This document shows, in pieces, positions 26,869 to 38,677 of a DNA stretch of 64,000 bases (positions are counted from its first letter, which is position 1; the number at the start of each line of letters is the position of its first letter). The DNA lies in the NCBI GenBank assembly GCA_000934665.2, contig KZ538457.1, forward strand, positions 1 to 64,000, written 5' to 3'. The notes beneath the pieces are model-generated. The model made no database searches. It was not told where the DNA came from and saw only the letters and a list, made by a program, of their open reading frames with translations. Both the position numbers and the translations under genes were made by a program. Origin of the DNA: Catajapyx aquilonaris. Lineage: Eukaryota.

Positions 26869-28683
26869 TCTCCGCTTTTTTGACGTCGTAGCAGGCAGGC
26901 GTCGCGACAGAGGGCTCGTACGTGAAGGAATTGGCGAGTGTAAATGTGTTTGGAGCTATTAGCCAATCTGGAGTACTTGAATCCGGTAATTTTGCTTCCA
27001 TTTGATGGTAATTCATACTGGGAATAAATTAATATCTGGCATTGACGCAGGAATATGACCTGGGAAATAAATTAATTGCTTATTAAATAAAGCAGATATT
27101 GACGATTTTCTGCATGCGTATGGAAAATAACATTTCAAGCTAGGCGTTATGCAGGCGTCTGGGATGTTTTCCTCCTGACCTCACCCCAATATGGGCATGT
27201 GTAAGGGCCTCGTATGGCCTAGTTAATCATAATTAAGAGGCCTTCCCTCACTGCAATTAGACCTGGGAATGTTCCAGAGAGATCACACGAAGCTGAATTG
27301 TGATTACTTGCTTTAATTGCTCGTAATATATTATGACTTCTAAACGTGCGTCTGGAGGGGAAGTCCTCGTGACTGTGGAAGACCCGACGACGCGACGCGA
27401 CGTGGCCATCTTGGTGGAGAAGTGGTGTTCCCTGGCGAGAATGGTTGGCTCCGAGGCAAGTGGTGCCAGTGGAGGAAAAGGGTGCTTATACAGTAGTCTG
27501 GGTGGTCAACTCGTCGCAAAAGGTGGGGAAGGTGTGGTTTAAAGAGAATCACGACAAGTGGTCGTGGCCTTCATTGTTGCTCCTATGAAGGTTTTTTCTC
27601 TTTCTAAACGGATGGCTTCTTCCTATAGACTACATCCTATAGTATAGGGCTTACTCTTAAAATGTGGACTTGGATCAGTGCACCTTTCATCTGATGTCTG
27701 GATGATTTCTGTAATCAATATGATAGATTGGCGAAGATGAATGTCGTTCCAATCCTAATATTTAAATATTTAAATATTCATCCTGAATATTTTTTTCTTT
27801 TAAAATCTCATCAAGCGTCAATCAAATGCTTTTGTTCTCTATTACCATTTTTGCAGAATTGGATTCAAAGCCTTATTCTTGGGCTGGAAGTGGAGGTGGT
27901 GGCTTACGGGACTTATTCATTCCAAGAAAATATGCGAGAGTTTGGGGCACAGTGCTGCTTTGTATTTTACAAAGAAAGTACAGTATGTTGAATATTTTTA
28001 TCAACTAGGCTATTATGATTAAAGAGTATCATCCCTAAATTCATTCCTTTTCATTGTACCCTTTTTTTCTCGGCGTTTAAAGAATGTTCAGAGGTTTATA
28101 CTGTTGCTTATTTTGTAGCTCTTCTCTGTAATTATTTAGACTTCCTGAAATGTTGCAAAAGGTTCGATGCCCCCTATAGAGCCTGTTGGCACAGCTCGGG
28201 ATGTCTGAAATAGAAAATTAAACTTTTTCGATTAATGATTAATGAAAGTCTTTCATCAACAACAATAATACTGTATAGGGCAGCTGTTCCCAAACTGTGC
28301 TCCGAGTAACCATTGAGAATTTTTGAGAATTGAGAAACAGGACACTTTTGAAGGAAAAAAATAGTAACTGGTCCACCTGCCCTTGAACACAACCCTTGAA
28401 CACATAATTTTTTAATTTATTGTACTAATTTTTCACTGCAAATGGCAGAACAACTGCATCAATGTATGTACAGTTGGTCCGAAGGCAATGACTGGCCAGA
28501 CTGCCGGAGCTATCACCAGAATAAAAGAAAAATCAAAGCAGTGCAACAGTAGTCACTCTGTCTTCCACAGACAAGTAGTGATAAGTTAGCCGTTAAAAAC
28601 GCCTTCCTCTTAAAAAGTTCTGGACGAGGTTGTACACTAGCTACTTAGCCGGAAATTCTAATAGCTTTTAAACTCAAATCATG

Positions 28684-28950
28684 TTATTGCAACGAAATTT
28701 GAACTGAGCTAACCTCATTATGTGAGAAAGTAGGATACCGTATGGCATCACATGTGCTGGATATGGTCACCATTTGGGTCCAGGCAGGCCTCAACACGAC
28801 GCTACATATATTTTGGAAGGTTCTGCTGGCCAGCATGACCTGAGGCACTGCCTGAATTTCTTGGGTTATGTGTTCTTTCAAAGAGTCGATGGATTGTGGT
28901 TTGTTTTGGTACACTCGCCCTCTCAGATAGCCCCAGAAGAAGTAATCAGG
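28684..28950 (-). mobile_element. rosa/DD41D-type Tc1/mariner transposase C-terminal remnant
   Basis: PDYFFWGYLRGRVYQNKPQSIDSLKEHITQEIQAVPQVML. Confidence 0.8.
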
Positions 28951-30052
28951 CAGTATAATCAGTCATCTGTGATTTTTTTCACCAAAATCCGAGATGGTCT
29001 AAAGCAGAATTTCGGAAGACTGTTTTCAAACTGTATCACAATGATTTCAATTCTACTGATATTTCCTGGACCCTGCACAATTGTATGTTCCATGAGCATA
29101 GTTCAGTGTTAGGTACTGTACAACTTGTAATTTGGCTGAAAATTCGCTGGTATCCCATGCTTCAAAAAATGGGGAGAGGGGGAAATCTGATTTCCTTGAC
29201 TAGACAATATATTATGCATCTGAGGACTTGGGATGATTTACATTTCAGATATTCCATTGCTGCAGCCTAAATGAAACATTTGCTTAGGCCTCATGTTATA
29301 TGAATATACAGGATGTCTCAAAATGATTCAGACATAATTCTGTGTAATGGTCCAAATGGAGAACCAAAGGTTCACTTTATAGGGTGTGTCACTTTGGTGA
29401 CGGCCGGTGCGGCCGGCAGTACAGTCTTCTAAATAAGACATACATCTAAACTATACTGATATCTAAAATGCTATTTAAAAATCCACAGTGTATTGTCCGG
29501 TCAGTCTTTGACAAAAGCATATTCCACAATATCACTGAGCTAAGAGCATGTTTTGTGCCCCTAAATGGACAACTCGTCGTGATGATATATTTCTAATTCA
29601 AATAATTATTGTAACAGATGAGCATGTGAAAAGGAGTCAGGACAGCATTTTAACTTCTTATCTCGAAATAACTCCTCATTTGCGGTACAGAATATACCAT
29701 AATATTTTAATATACCAAGACGAGTGAGGTACAATAATAGGCATATCTAGGGCCACCATTTGAGTAAGAATGCTTGAATACCGGTATCCAGTTTTTGGTG
29801 CAGACCCAGGTGGAAAAATGGTGCCTCCACACAACGACAATGTATTGCTGCCTGTTTCCTGTTGTCACAATGTAAATATACCATACATTCTTATTTCCAT
29901 AAGTTAGTGAAGATCACGAATATTACGTACGAGTCACTGTTCATCAGTGATCAAGGCACCAAGATTCCTGCATCACGCATTAATCCATCATACGTGTATA
30001 TCCACAATGAACTTTTTAATTAAGTTACATGAAAAATCTACAAACGGTGACA

Positions 30053-30358
30053 TTACGATTGACTCCTGATTCTTTCCGCTTCAGTTGGATATGGCGCCGG
30101 ATTTCTACTAGAGATATCTCCGAGAACGGGATACAGAGGAAGAGGAGCTTCCGGATTACTAGGAGCGTTTTCTTCAATATCCGGGTATGGAGGTGGCATC
30201 ACTTCTGGCAACTGCTCCATCTTCGCTGGTGCTGACGGAGGCGCAGGCTGCGGACCATCTGATGGTACAGCGTTGACCGGTATCGGAGGCAGGCGAGGCA
30301 CCCTGGTTATAGACGCACTCTCGGCTCTTGTAGGCTGCTTGGGATACCATCCGTTCAC
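30053..30358 (-). CDS. TMEM145: TMEM145 exon 12 (Pro-rich cytoplasmic tail, stop)
   Basis: ttgttag|VNGWYPKQ...PPSAP...PPPYP...LYPVL...RSQS*; phase 0 and in frame with exon 11. Confidence 0.78.
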   Translation of the reverse strand: MNGWYPKQPTRAESASITRVPRLPPIPVNAVPSDGPQPAPPSAPAKMEQLPEVMPPPYPDIEENAPSNPEAPLPLYPVLGDISSRNPAPYPTEAERIRSQS

Positions 30359-33300
30359 CTAACAAATAGAAATTGCAAGTCACGATATGTCCGTGGTGTA
30401 ATAATATCGGTGGCTGACCTGTATGCCTACCACCCCGCTAACTGTGAAGAGGTCAAGGGGTGTTGGTAGGGGACCACGACGGTGAATGTCGCCACTAGGG
30501 GCGTAAGGATGGCGACCGAAGCGATCCAAATGACTGTTTCCAGCAGCTCCTGATGGATCGTTTTCCATCACTCCTATTTGAGAAGTCCGGACGTGGAATG
30601 GAAACCGTCGATTTGCCATTGATGGTCTCGTCAGGATCTGCGCCATACATGTAGTTATTAATATCTGTTACCAACCATGTTGTCACAAAGTGTCCAATTA
30701 TTGTTAAAATTCAGAGTTATCTGTTGACATAATTTTCTATGCTCGCACAATTCACCACCCATGCTGTTCTCTAAATGTAGCCTAAAAGAAATTGAACCCA
30801 ACCCAGTACCTAAATCACTGCCTTTACCATGAGACTTAATGGTGGAAAGCTAAAACTTTAGTAATTAATAAAAGTCCATTAACGGGAAAGTGAGTCCTTA
30901 ATGATTCATTTCTATGTTTCTTCTAATGACTTAATGCATGAATATTCTCAATTATTAATTGAAATAGTTGGTGAGGGTAATTCTACCAGAATGCTATCTG
31001 ATAACATTGCCAACGTATACAATAAGGGAACGGCAACGTACAAGTATATTGTGGCAGAAAAAGATGTGCATTTAGTGTTATATGTCCTACCAGAAACACA
31101 ACGTGCCCCACGAAGGTGATTGTGTGTTCAACTCCGCAAACCACCTTCTCTCGTACCCATTTGGAAATCAGGTGGTTGGCAATGATGATCACAACTGGAC
31201 CAGAAATGCACCTGAAAAGTATGTGTGGTTCTACTGCCCATATACGAAGCTGAAGTGTGCATCTTTAGCATATATCTTACCAGAGAGTGTAGAATCCAAA
31301 AAACGGGAGGTAAAATGATGATTTTTCCGGATGATTTTTCAAAGTGAAAAACACGGAATAAATGAGCATGGCCCATCCGACTAGGCGCAAAAATATAAGC
31401 CCATATCCTGCAGGAGACTCGTAAATATACAGCACTCTTCCAGGGTCAAAAAACTGAAATGAGGTACATATTATCATAATACATTCGGGCCATATAGTTA
31501 CATTAAATGCCAACTCATGGTGCTCCCTTACCTCTTGCTCGTAGATAAAAAGGGTTGCGTACACGACACAGTATACGCACATAAAAATAGTCACTTTGAC
31601 TGCACTAGCTTGTCGCAATCTTCCTCTAGTAATTGTGTATCCTTTTGCAATTAGGATAAGCATGAGCAAGAAAACAATGTCGCTGATAGATTCGTACACT
31701 CGCCCTGTAAGAAAAATGCATGCAATGAACTATTAGAATTTGTACGTTTTATCTATCATAGCCTTACCGAACAGTTTAGCAGCAGGATACCCTACACCAT
31801 CTGCACCGTATTTCCCGTAATTCGTACAGAGCAATATTATGCCTACTGTCTCGGACAGTACAGAAACTAGGTACAACTTGTATGTGGTATGGAGGAGCTG
31901 CCGAGAGCGCAGTGCAACTGAAAATGATCCATATAATTATGGTCAGATTTGAAATATCACTTTGTATCGCCTACTACAGGCCTACTGTTAGTTGATGATA
32001 TACATACCTGCGCATATAACACTTACGGCGGAAATGAATACGTAAATTGCACAAAATATCACCAGAATTATTATAATATCTGAAAAGGAGCAATTTAGTA
32101 ATCAGGTTAATGTACAGTACTAGAAAAGTTAGTGCTTTTGTGTCTCAAAAGTGGCGCATATACCGTGTGCACATGAGTGGCAGATAGACGCATTACAAGG
32201 TGAAACATAAAATGACGCATAATTTGATTTTTGGTGTTATTTATTCAAGCCTAATAATAAAAATTAACAAATCAAAAATAGATTCAGTCTGCGCGATTCA
32301 GATGTTCTCCTTGGAAACTTACGCCATACAAGAACTGACGTTGTTGATCACCCGACGGCACAGTCTGTTGTCTCAATATTCATGCCTGAACGAGTACTAG
32401 TGACTTGTTTCGTGATTGTTTGGAATATTATGTTTATTTTTTCCTGAAATAAAATGGTTTGTGTCTCCAAAAGTGCCCATGTTACGAAAACGCTCGAACA
32501 TTTCGTAGACTGTTTTAATAGGGTAAACATCGCATTTGGAATTGATCTCGAAATCGAAACACTCTCCGTGCGACACACATTTGTTTCAGAGTTTTCCTAA
32601 AATAAGCTCACCCTAAACAATCATGGAACTGCTGTAGGCCTACTCTTTCTAGTTCATGAAACTAAATAAGTGGCCTCGATAATGGGCTTCAAGCACGACG
32701 TATAAAGTATCCTGGTTGGTATGCGTCCCTCCGCGCGGTCTTGCTTTTATCACAATGCATAATCAGATTTGATCGTAATTTGCGTTCATACAACCGGTCC
32801 TAAATGTATGAGGAATTAATTATTATCTGTGCATTGTAAGTAAATATAAGTTTTTAACTGCCATGGTGCCTAAGCATTTAAAATAATACAGGTGTAGGGC
32901 CTACAATAAAATAATACAGGTGCTCCATATTGGCTTGTAGTACCGTACGTATATCTACATGCAGTGTAAGTGTTCGAATAACTACCGTACTTTATACTTA
33001 CAAAATTCGTCCGCCGAAAAATGCTCATACAGAAAATCTCCTGGTGGTCCATTAGTCATCCACAATTTGTATCTTAAACTTATTCCCTGAAGAAGTAAAT
33101 ACTGAGTTATTAAGATTACGAATCATAACGCATTAGAGAGAAACCTCTCTCTAAATTTGACTCAAGAAGTCTCAATGGTCAAAAGGCATGAGAAAAGAGA
33201 TCATCGTCCTCATATACTGCATCCCTGTGGTTAACTGCACGTGATCATAAGACATGCAATACACCCATAATGTTTACCGATTCTATAGGCCTACGTTGCA

Positions 33301-34294
33301 ATTTCGTAAGTCATTCTCATCTGATGACATAATCGTACTGTACCTTGGTAGATTCGCAATTACCGACTGCTATGAACCACCATCTTTCTCTGGCTGTCCT
33401 GAAACTTCGGGCGCTGTGGCAGTAATACTTGGTCTTTTGGCCATCTTTAGGAGGAACCACTTCGCAACCAGAATGCGGAAACGTAGCGGTCAGGTTCACA
33501 ATCTGTCCATTCTCTACTTTCAACACCTTTTCTCGGTCAGAGCAGCTCTGAAAATCGGAATTTCCTACTAATATTCGCTAGCTTCACCCATATCACTATG
33601 ACATGGTTTTAGACGCACAAGGTAGAGAACACCCCAAAAGAATAACGAAGTCACATTTACCTTTTGCTTCCTGTATATGGATGACCACTGGTCATCCGTG
33701 TCGTAGTACAACAAAATCTTTTGCACCTCGTAATCCTGCAAAAATTGGAACACCAATTTATTGCCATAATTAAAATCGAGGAAAATCTTCTAGGTGTGCC
33801 AAATCGGAAACACCCCCGTAAAATTAGTCCTAAAGCACCTGCAAAAGTTCCTTTCTTCCCTGGTGAAAATACTAACAACGAAGTTGCCTGGGAATCGATT
33901 TTGTCATTATCTATTCATGGAACGAGATGGCAAGATTCGGCCTCCCAAGCGATCTCTATAGATAAATGCACACGACGCACATTCCGCAGCAGGAATAGGA
34001 TTAATTAATGAAACGCTTGCTAAACATACCTTGTCATACTCCAGCTCGTATCTGAACTGTCCGTCGTACGACAGGAAGCAAAACCGTGCCAGGAACGACC
34101 ATTTCTACATGAATAAAGCACAAGACATTTTTTTTAAACTGTCCAATGTGGGCTCTGATTATTGGCAATAGAAGTCGAAACCGGACTCTTACCTCATTTG
34201 TGACCAAATGACCCTCCAGGTACTTGCCCTTTGAGCACGGGAGCAGCAGCAGTAGAATAGGCCAAACACCCTGAAGTCCAAGTCTATGAATCAT
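30053..34294 (-). CDS. TMEM145: Transmembrane protein 145-like (GOST / GpcrRhopsn4 7TM family), complete 12-exon model: complement(join(30053..30358,30431..30637,31091..31211,31281..31453,31532..31704,31768..31917,32008..32079,33002..33086,33344..33547,33661..33735,34030..34104,34193..34294)), ~580 aa
   Basis: All introns are GT-AG and exon phases join into one open frame. Signal peptide MIHRLGLQGVWPILLLLLPCSKG. Family motifs WSFLARFCFLS, RSFRTARERWWFIAVGNC, HFSADEF, LLHTTYKLY, LIAKGYTITRGRL, FFDPGRVLYIYESPAGYG, KWVREKVV, ILTRPSMANRRFPFHVRTSQI. Confidence 0.92.
30431..30637 (-). CDS. TMEM145: TMEM145 exon 11 (alternative in-frame donor would extend it to 30419)
   Basis: gcgcag|ILTRPSMANRRFPFHVRTSQIGVME...LFTVSGV|gtaggc (or ...VGIQ|gtcagc). 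Confidence 0.85.
31091..31211 (-). CDS. TMEM145: TMEM145 exon 10
   Basis: tttcag|(W)CISGPVVIIIANHLISKWVREKVVCGVEHTITFVGHVVFL|gtagga. Confidence 0.92.
31281..31453 (-). CDS. TMEM145: TMEM145 exon 9
   Basis: tttcag|FFDPGRVLYIYESPAGYGL...FYLPFFGFYTL+TG|gtaaga. Confidence 0.93.
31532..31704 (-). CDS. TMEM145: TMEM145 exon 8
   Basis: ttacag|(G)RVYESISDIVFLLMLILIAKGYTITRGRL...FIYEQE|gtaagg. Confidence 0.93.
31768..31917 (-). CDS. TMEM145: TMEM145 exon 7
   Basis: tttcag|(V)ALRSRQLLHTTYKLYLVSVLSETVGIILLCTNYGKYGADGVGYPAAKLF+G|gtaagg. Confidence 0.92.
32008..32079 (-). CDS. TMEM145: TMEM145 exon 6 (first TM helix)
   Basis: tttcag|(Y)IIIILVIFCAIYVFISAVSVICA+G|gtatgt, phase 1 on both sides. Confidence 0.88.
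33002..33086 (-). CDS. TMEM145: TMEM145 exon 5
   Basis: cttcag|GISLRYKLWMTNGPPGDFLYEHFSADEF+T|gtaagt. Confidence 0.92.
33344..33547 (-). CDS. TMEM145: TMEM145 exon 4
   Basis: tttcag|SCSDREKVLKVENGQIVNLT...RSFRTARERWWFIAVGNCESTK|gtacag. Confidence 0.92.
33661..33735 (-). CDS. TMEM145: TMEM145 exon 3
   Basis: ttgcag|DYEVQKILLYYDTDDQWSSIYRKQK|gtaaat. Confidence 0.92.
34030..34104 (-). CDS. TMEM145: TMEM145 exon 2
   Basis: tgtag|KWSFLARFCFLSYDGQFRYELEYDK|gtatgt. Confidence 0.92.
34193..34294 (-). CDS. TMEM145: TMEM145 exon 1 (ATG, signal peptide)
   Basis: MIHRLGLQGVWPILLLLLPCSKGKYLEGHLVTNE, donor GAG|gtaaga. Confidence 0.88.
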
Positions 34295-34412
34295 GATGGT
34301 GGTAGCGTGTGTTTGGTGCTACCTGTTCGGGCCGCACCATCACATTTTCCCTCAGGCACACATTTGACCACAATGAAAGTCGAAGGAGGTGCCCAAGGTT
34401 TCGATTTTGGTT

Positions 34413-34422
34413 GTCACGTGAT
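34413..34422. promoter_or_regulatory. CLEAR/M-box-like E-box GTCACGTGAT ~120 bp upstream of the TMEM145 ATG
   Basis: Motif read directly; overlaps the palindrome CGTGATCACG; function is inferred. Confidence 0.4.
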
Positions 34423-35082
34423 CACGGATCGTTATTGCTACCACACGCCATCTGAAGTATAGTAGAAGTGGAGGAGGGGGAGAAAGGTGGGGGACAGGTC
34501 ACTTGCACAAACATTCTATGGTTGCTATGTATGTGCGTGTGCCTCCAATTACCAAAAGGTGGGCCTACTTTATTGATAATTATTGAAATCACTTCGTAGA
34601 GGCCTATGGCAGGTGCGGAAGTAGCCTGCAGTGTGTGTTGGAGTGTAACAGTGTCCAATGTGACCGTACACATTGCGAACAGGATGGAAATTAGTGCAGT
34701 TAGTTTGCGTTACGATTGGTTAAGATTATTACTTTACAGGGTGGATGTATATCGTGAATTAATGGACAAAATGAGAGAAGAAAATTAAATACAAACATAG
34801 TGACCCCTACACTCTTATCCAGGTTACCTCTTATGAGAAGCACCTTTTTTTCAATAATTATACTTCTATCAAAATGCTTCAGTGTGACGTAAATAATCAC
34901 AATCTTCCGGCAAGCTTAATTACTTGGGTATTTACTTCACAAAATTACGAAAAGGTCAAGCAGTGTATATCTGATTCAAAACACATTTTGTGGCCATATT
35001 CACGATTACCAAATGTACAGGTCTTCAATTAGCTCAGGGGACGGAAGTTTGTGTGTTTTTTTTAAAAATTTTACTACGAGTA

Positions 35083-35369
35083 TAGCTGTGGGGACGTGTG
35101 TCCCCACAATTTAATTGTGGGAACATTTTCAGGTCCCTACTCATGCACGCACGCGCTGTGTACTATTACAGTGGGGACGTGAAAAAATAGTGGGGACATG
35201 TCCCCACTATTTTCATTCGTAGGGTTTCACAAAAGTCCATTTTTCTCAGCCTAGGTGAGTTAGGGTAGCGGGTAGATTAGGTAGGGTAGGGTAGGTTAGG
35301 TATGGTTATGTTAGGTTAGGTTAGTTTACACTAGCTTCGAAAAGTTGCATTTTCACGTCCCCACGGCTA
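35083..35369. mobile_element. MITE with internal degenerate (TTAGG)n tract
   Basis: TIR tagctgtggggacgtg/cacgtccccacggcta; repeated gtggggac motifs; ttagg/gtagg tract at ~35250-35325. Confidence 0.65.
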
Positions 35370-36445
35370 ATTCAGAACAGAATTGTGTGTGTATGTTTGA
35401 GTTGTTCCAAAATGTTTGCGCACATTCTGCATTACTGCCTATTTCGTAGCTACTAGATGCTGAATGTGCTTCCATGACACCAATGCCCATGTAAGTCATG
35501 GAAAAATTATGCACTTGTACCGACATTGACATTGACACAAAAAGTACAACTTTGCAAGACTTGTAATGCATCAATGGTCCATGCGCTAGAAATGAAGGCC
35601 ACTACAACCATTAGATAGGCACATGGAACTACTCTGCTTGAGTGCTCTTCAGCTTTTAAAAATAATAGCACGCAAATCCTTGCCACTGTTCACAATGTGC
35701 CGAGAAGCATTTGTGTTGAATCATTAAAATAATGTTCATCCAGTATTAGTAGACTAACATTGGTGGCTAAATGCTGTGGCAACCAGTTACCATCGTGGAA
35801 CCCAATCAGATACCGAGATGTCTACATAGTGCTATGCATAAGCACATGTGATGATATTCGCGTATATGTGAATGAGCTCATGTTTATTACAGTCGAAACC
35901 ATGTCAATAAATACAGTATATTAAGTTTTGCACTGGTGTACAGTACAATAGTTAGACAATTGGATTACAAAAAATACACAAAAATATGCACTTCCTTTCA
36001 TCAATAAAATGTACATTAAATAAGGTATTTTTAGAGCCATGCTTTCATACTTGTATTGTTTTGACAGTATGGGAAGGAATTTGGAAGGGCATGTACTATT
36101 TATTGGCAACTATATTAGCATTAGTTTGGAACCCATCAATATTGGTCACATCCACAGAAGACTTCCTCCAAGAGAGCCTGACCAGCTCAAGCCCTAATTG
36201 ACAGGTCACCTAAATAAAAACCTGATACATTACACACAAATCACTTGATGGTACACATTAATTTTGAAAGTGGCAGAGTCCATTAGTTTCCAAAGAATAG
36301 GCAAGTGATAACATCATGCAAATGCTGGTCTCATCTAAGGTAGTGTTAATCAGGAAAGAGTACTTCTCTGTAAGCTTAGCAAAATTATAGTGCTGAACTG
36401 GTATGAAGGCAGTTGCTTATGGATCCAAGATTTGCTTCCTGTACA

Positions 36446-36538
36446 AAAAAGAAGTAAATAAAACAGTCAGGAAAAACTGCCGAAAACTATTCTGTTCTGT
36501 GTCTCTGTTTTTCCTGACTGTTTTATTTACTTCTTTTT
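36446..36538. repeat. Hairpin with perfect 32-bp stem and ~29-nt loop
   Basis: aaaaagaagtaaataaaacagtcaggaaaaac ... gtttttcctgactgttttatttacttcttttt. Confidence 0.8.
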
Positions 36539-37171
36539 ATGATTATTATAATTTTGATTAGGCCTTGCAGACCTTATAATAAGGGCATTTTCTGAGAAAT
36601 TTCACAAATCTGACAACTAAATTGTTACAATTTTTTTTCACCAATATGCTTATAAATGTGTGTACTAACATGTTTTAACATGTTGAAGTGTAAGTCCAGC
36701 TTTTATTTGGTGGTTAAGGGTTTAAAATATATCACATACAGTTTTTTGAAATGTGCCACTTTCAAGCCACAAATAATCCCCCTAATGCAACTGGATTACA
36801 TGAGAAGTACTTGTATTGGTGCTTCATATTACACAATACATAATTATACTGTATAAACTATAGAGCATTGTATCATCCAAGAGTGTGTCCAGGTGTCTTA
36901 GTGGTTGTCATTGAAGCATAATGGCCTTATGGAAAAAGATCCTTCCAGGATGGCTTTTACAGTGTATTACTGTCTTTCATGTTGAAAATTGTACCCAATA
37001 TTAGATGACAAAGTGAAATTCAGTTTTTTAATATGTTCTCTGAATAGGGAAAATCTAGGCCTGAAAGCTGAGAATTTCCATATTTTTCACATTTCAAATG
37101 GCCACAGAAGGCAGCTTAAGAACCAGACAAATTTTTATTTCTTTTTTTATTGTTATGACAATGATGGTCAA

Positions 37172-37510
37172 AAATTTTTTTTTCATTACCCCACGGGGGG
37201 AGTTATGCTACTCCTTAGGGGGGTGGGTTACCACCATTGGAATTTGATTTTTGGAGCGAGTTTAAGAAGATCTTAATTAGTGTACTCCAAGGGTGGGTGG
37301 GAGGGGATGTGCGAAGTGCAAGTGCAATGTCTCTAATCGTCATTTTGTGAACTCCCCCGGGTGGCTTAGTCTATCGGAAATTGCCACCCGAAACGAAGCC
37401 AGAGATGGCCCAACTCTGCACGAAAGAAGGTGGGAACCCCGGGTGGGGATTGAACCCGGGACCTTAACTTCCGTGGGCGCGCGCGTTACCGCGGCGCCAC
37501 TCCGTCTCCC
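37172..37510 (-). mobile_element. tRNA-derived SINE, family D
   Basis: Homologous to 22985-23314; TSD caatgatggtcaa at 37159-37171 and 37511-37523. Confidence 0.85.
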
Positions 37511-37649
37511 CAATGATGGTCAATATTAAGATCATATTGTTCACTTAAACTTATATTTAATATAATAAATGCTAGTTGAGCAATGTGCAAGATTGTGTCA
37601 TTAATGACTTACCGAAATGTTATGTTTATGTGACGGTGGACAGGCTTAA

Positions 37650-38281
37650 CCCCGCGACAGTGACGTGCAAGAAGTTCAACCTCCAGTGACATGTGGCCTC
37701 TTTTCTTGACGAAGTCACATTTTTTGTTATAACATGGGAAATATATCACATTTGGGCTTAACCTTTGAGACAGTCTTGGGTTGATTCCTTCTGTGATAAA
37801 TGACATTTAGTTTACATTTCTTGAGCAAATAGTACAATCAGAAAAAATTATTATTATGCATCGTTGCGAAGTTGGGATCAAAACATCCTGTGTTCGAGAG
37901 CTGGCATTCAGATCGAATCAGGGGGTTATTTCTTTATTTGTCTATTTTCTAAAGTCACCAGAGGGTTGGATTTATTTTAGAATAACTGTTCACGAATGAA
38001 CGTGTTCCTGAATCACACCTGATAAGCTCAGGTCCTCCTCTAAAAAGGAGGAGGTGAATCATTCTTGGAATGCAGTCTTAGCCATAACTACGCATTGGTG
38101 CCTAATTTATTTTATCCTGATCGTTCTGTTTACTCAAAAAATTTGAACTAAACACCATTTATCGTACGAGGAATGAAATGGGGATGTTCTCAAAGGTGAA
38201 GCTCAAGTGTGCTTTATTTTCCATGTTACAAGAAAAAAAGTGGTGTTGGTCACAAAAAGAGGCCACGTCACCATCCAAGGG
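37650..38281. mobile_element. TTAA-target (piggyBac-like) non-autonomous element
   Basis: TTAA|CCCC...CAAGGG|TTAA with diverged ~110-bp inverted arms (gtggcctctttt / aaaagaggccac; ctttgaga / tctcaaag). Confidence 0.6.
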
Positions 38282-38677
38282 TTAAAGATTTTTTCTGATA
38301 TGTTCATCAGAAAAAATGAAAATAAAATTGTGAATAAAATCCAGGCAAGTATTGGTCACGATATACATTTAGTACAGTTTATTGGTGTGGCAGAATCCTT
38401 TGGAAAAAACCACTTATGAAAATAAGGTACCTGGCTGAAACCATGGTGGAAATAGGAGAAAAGGAGCCTGTCATAGAGGTAAGCATCATATTTCCTTTTT
38501 TTTTTTTAAGCATAAATGTTGTATATTTCATATCATGGCCTGCAAAAAAATTTGGAATATAAAATTAATATTGAATGATGTGATGCTGTTTCTCCAAAAG
38601 GTCAAAGCCAAACATTTTCAGTGTAACTTTTAAACTGCATATTAAGATTTTCTTGCCCTCACCATCTAGCTGATAAT

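Noticed and set aside
27280..27560. GC-rich segment with a Kozak-like caagATGG on the minus strand
   Set aside because: Short ORF with no homology, no convincing donor and no downstream exons.
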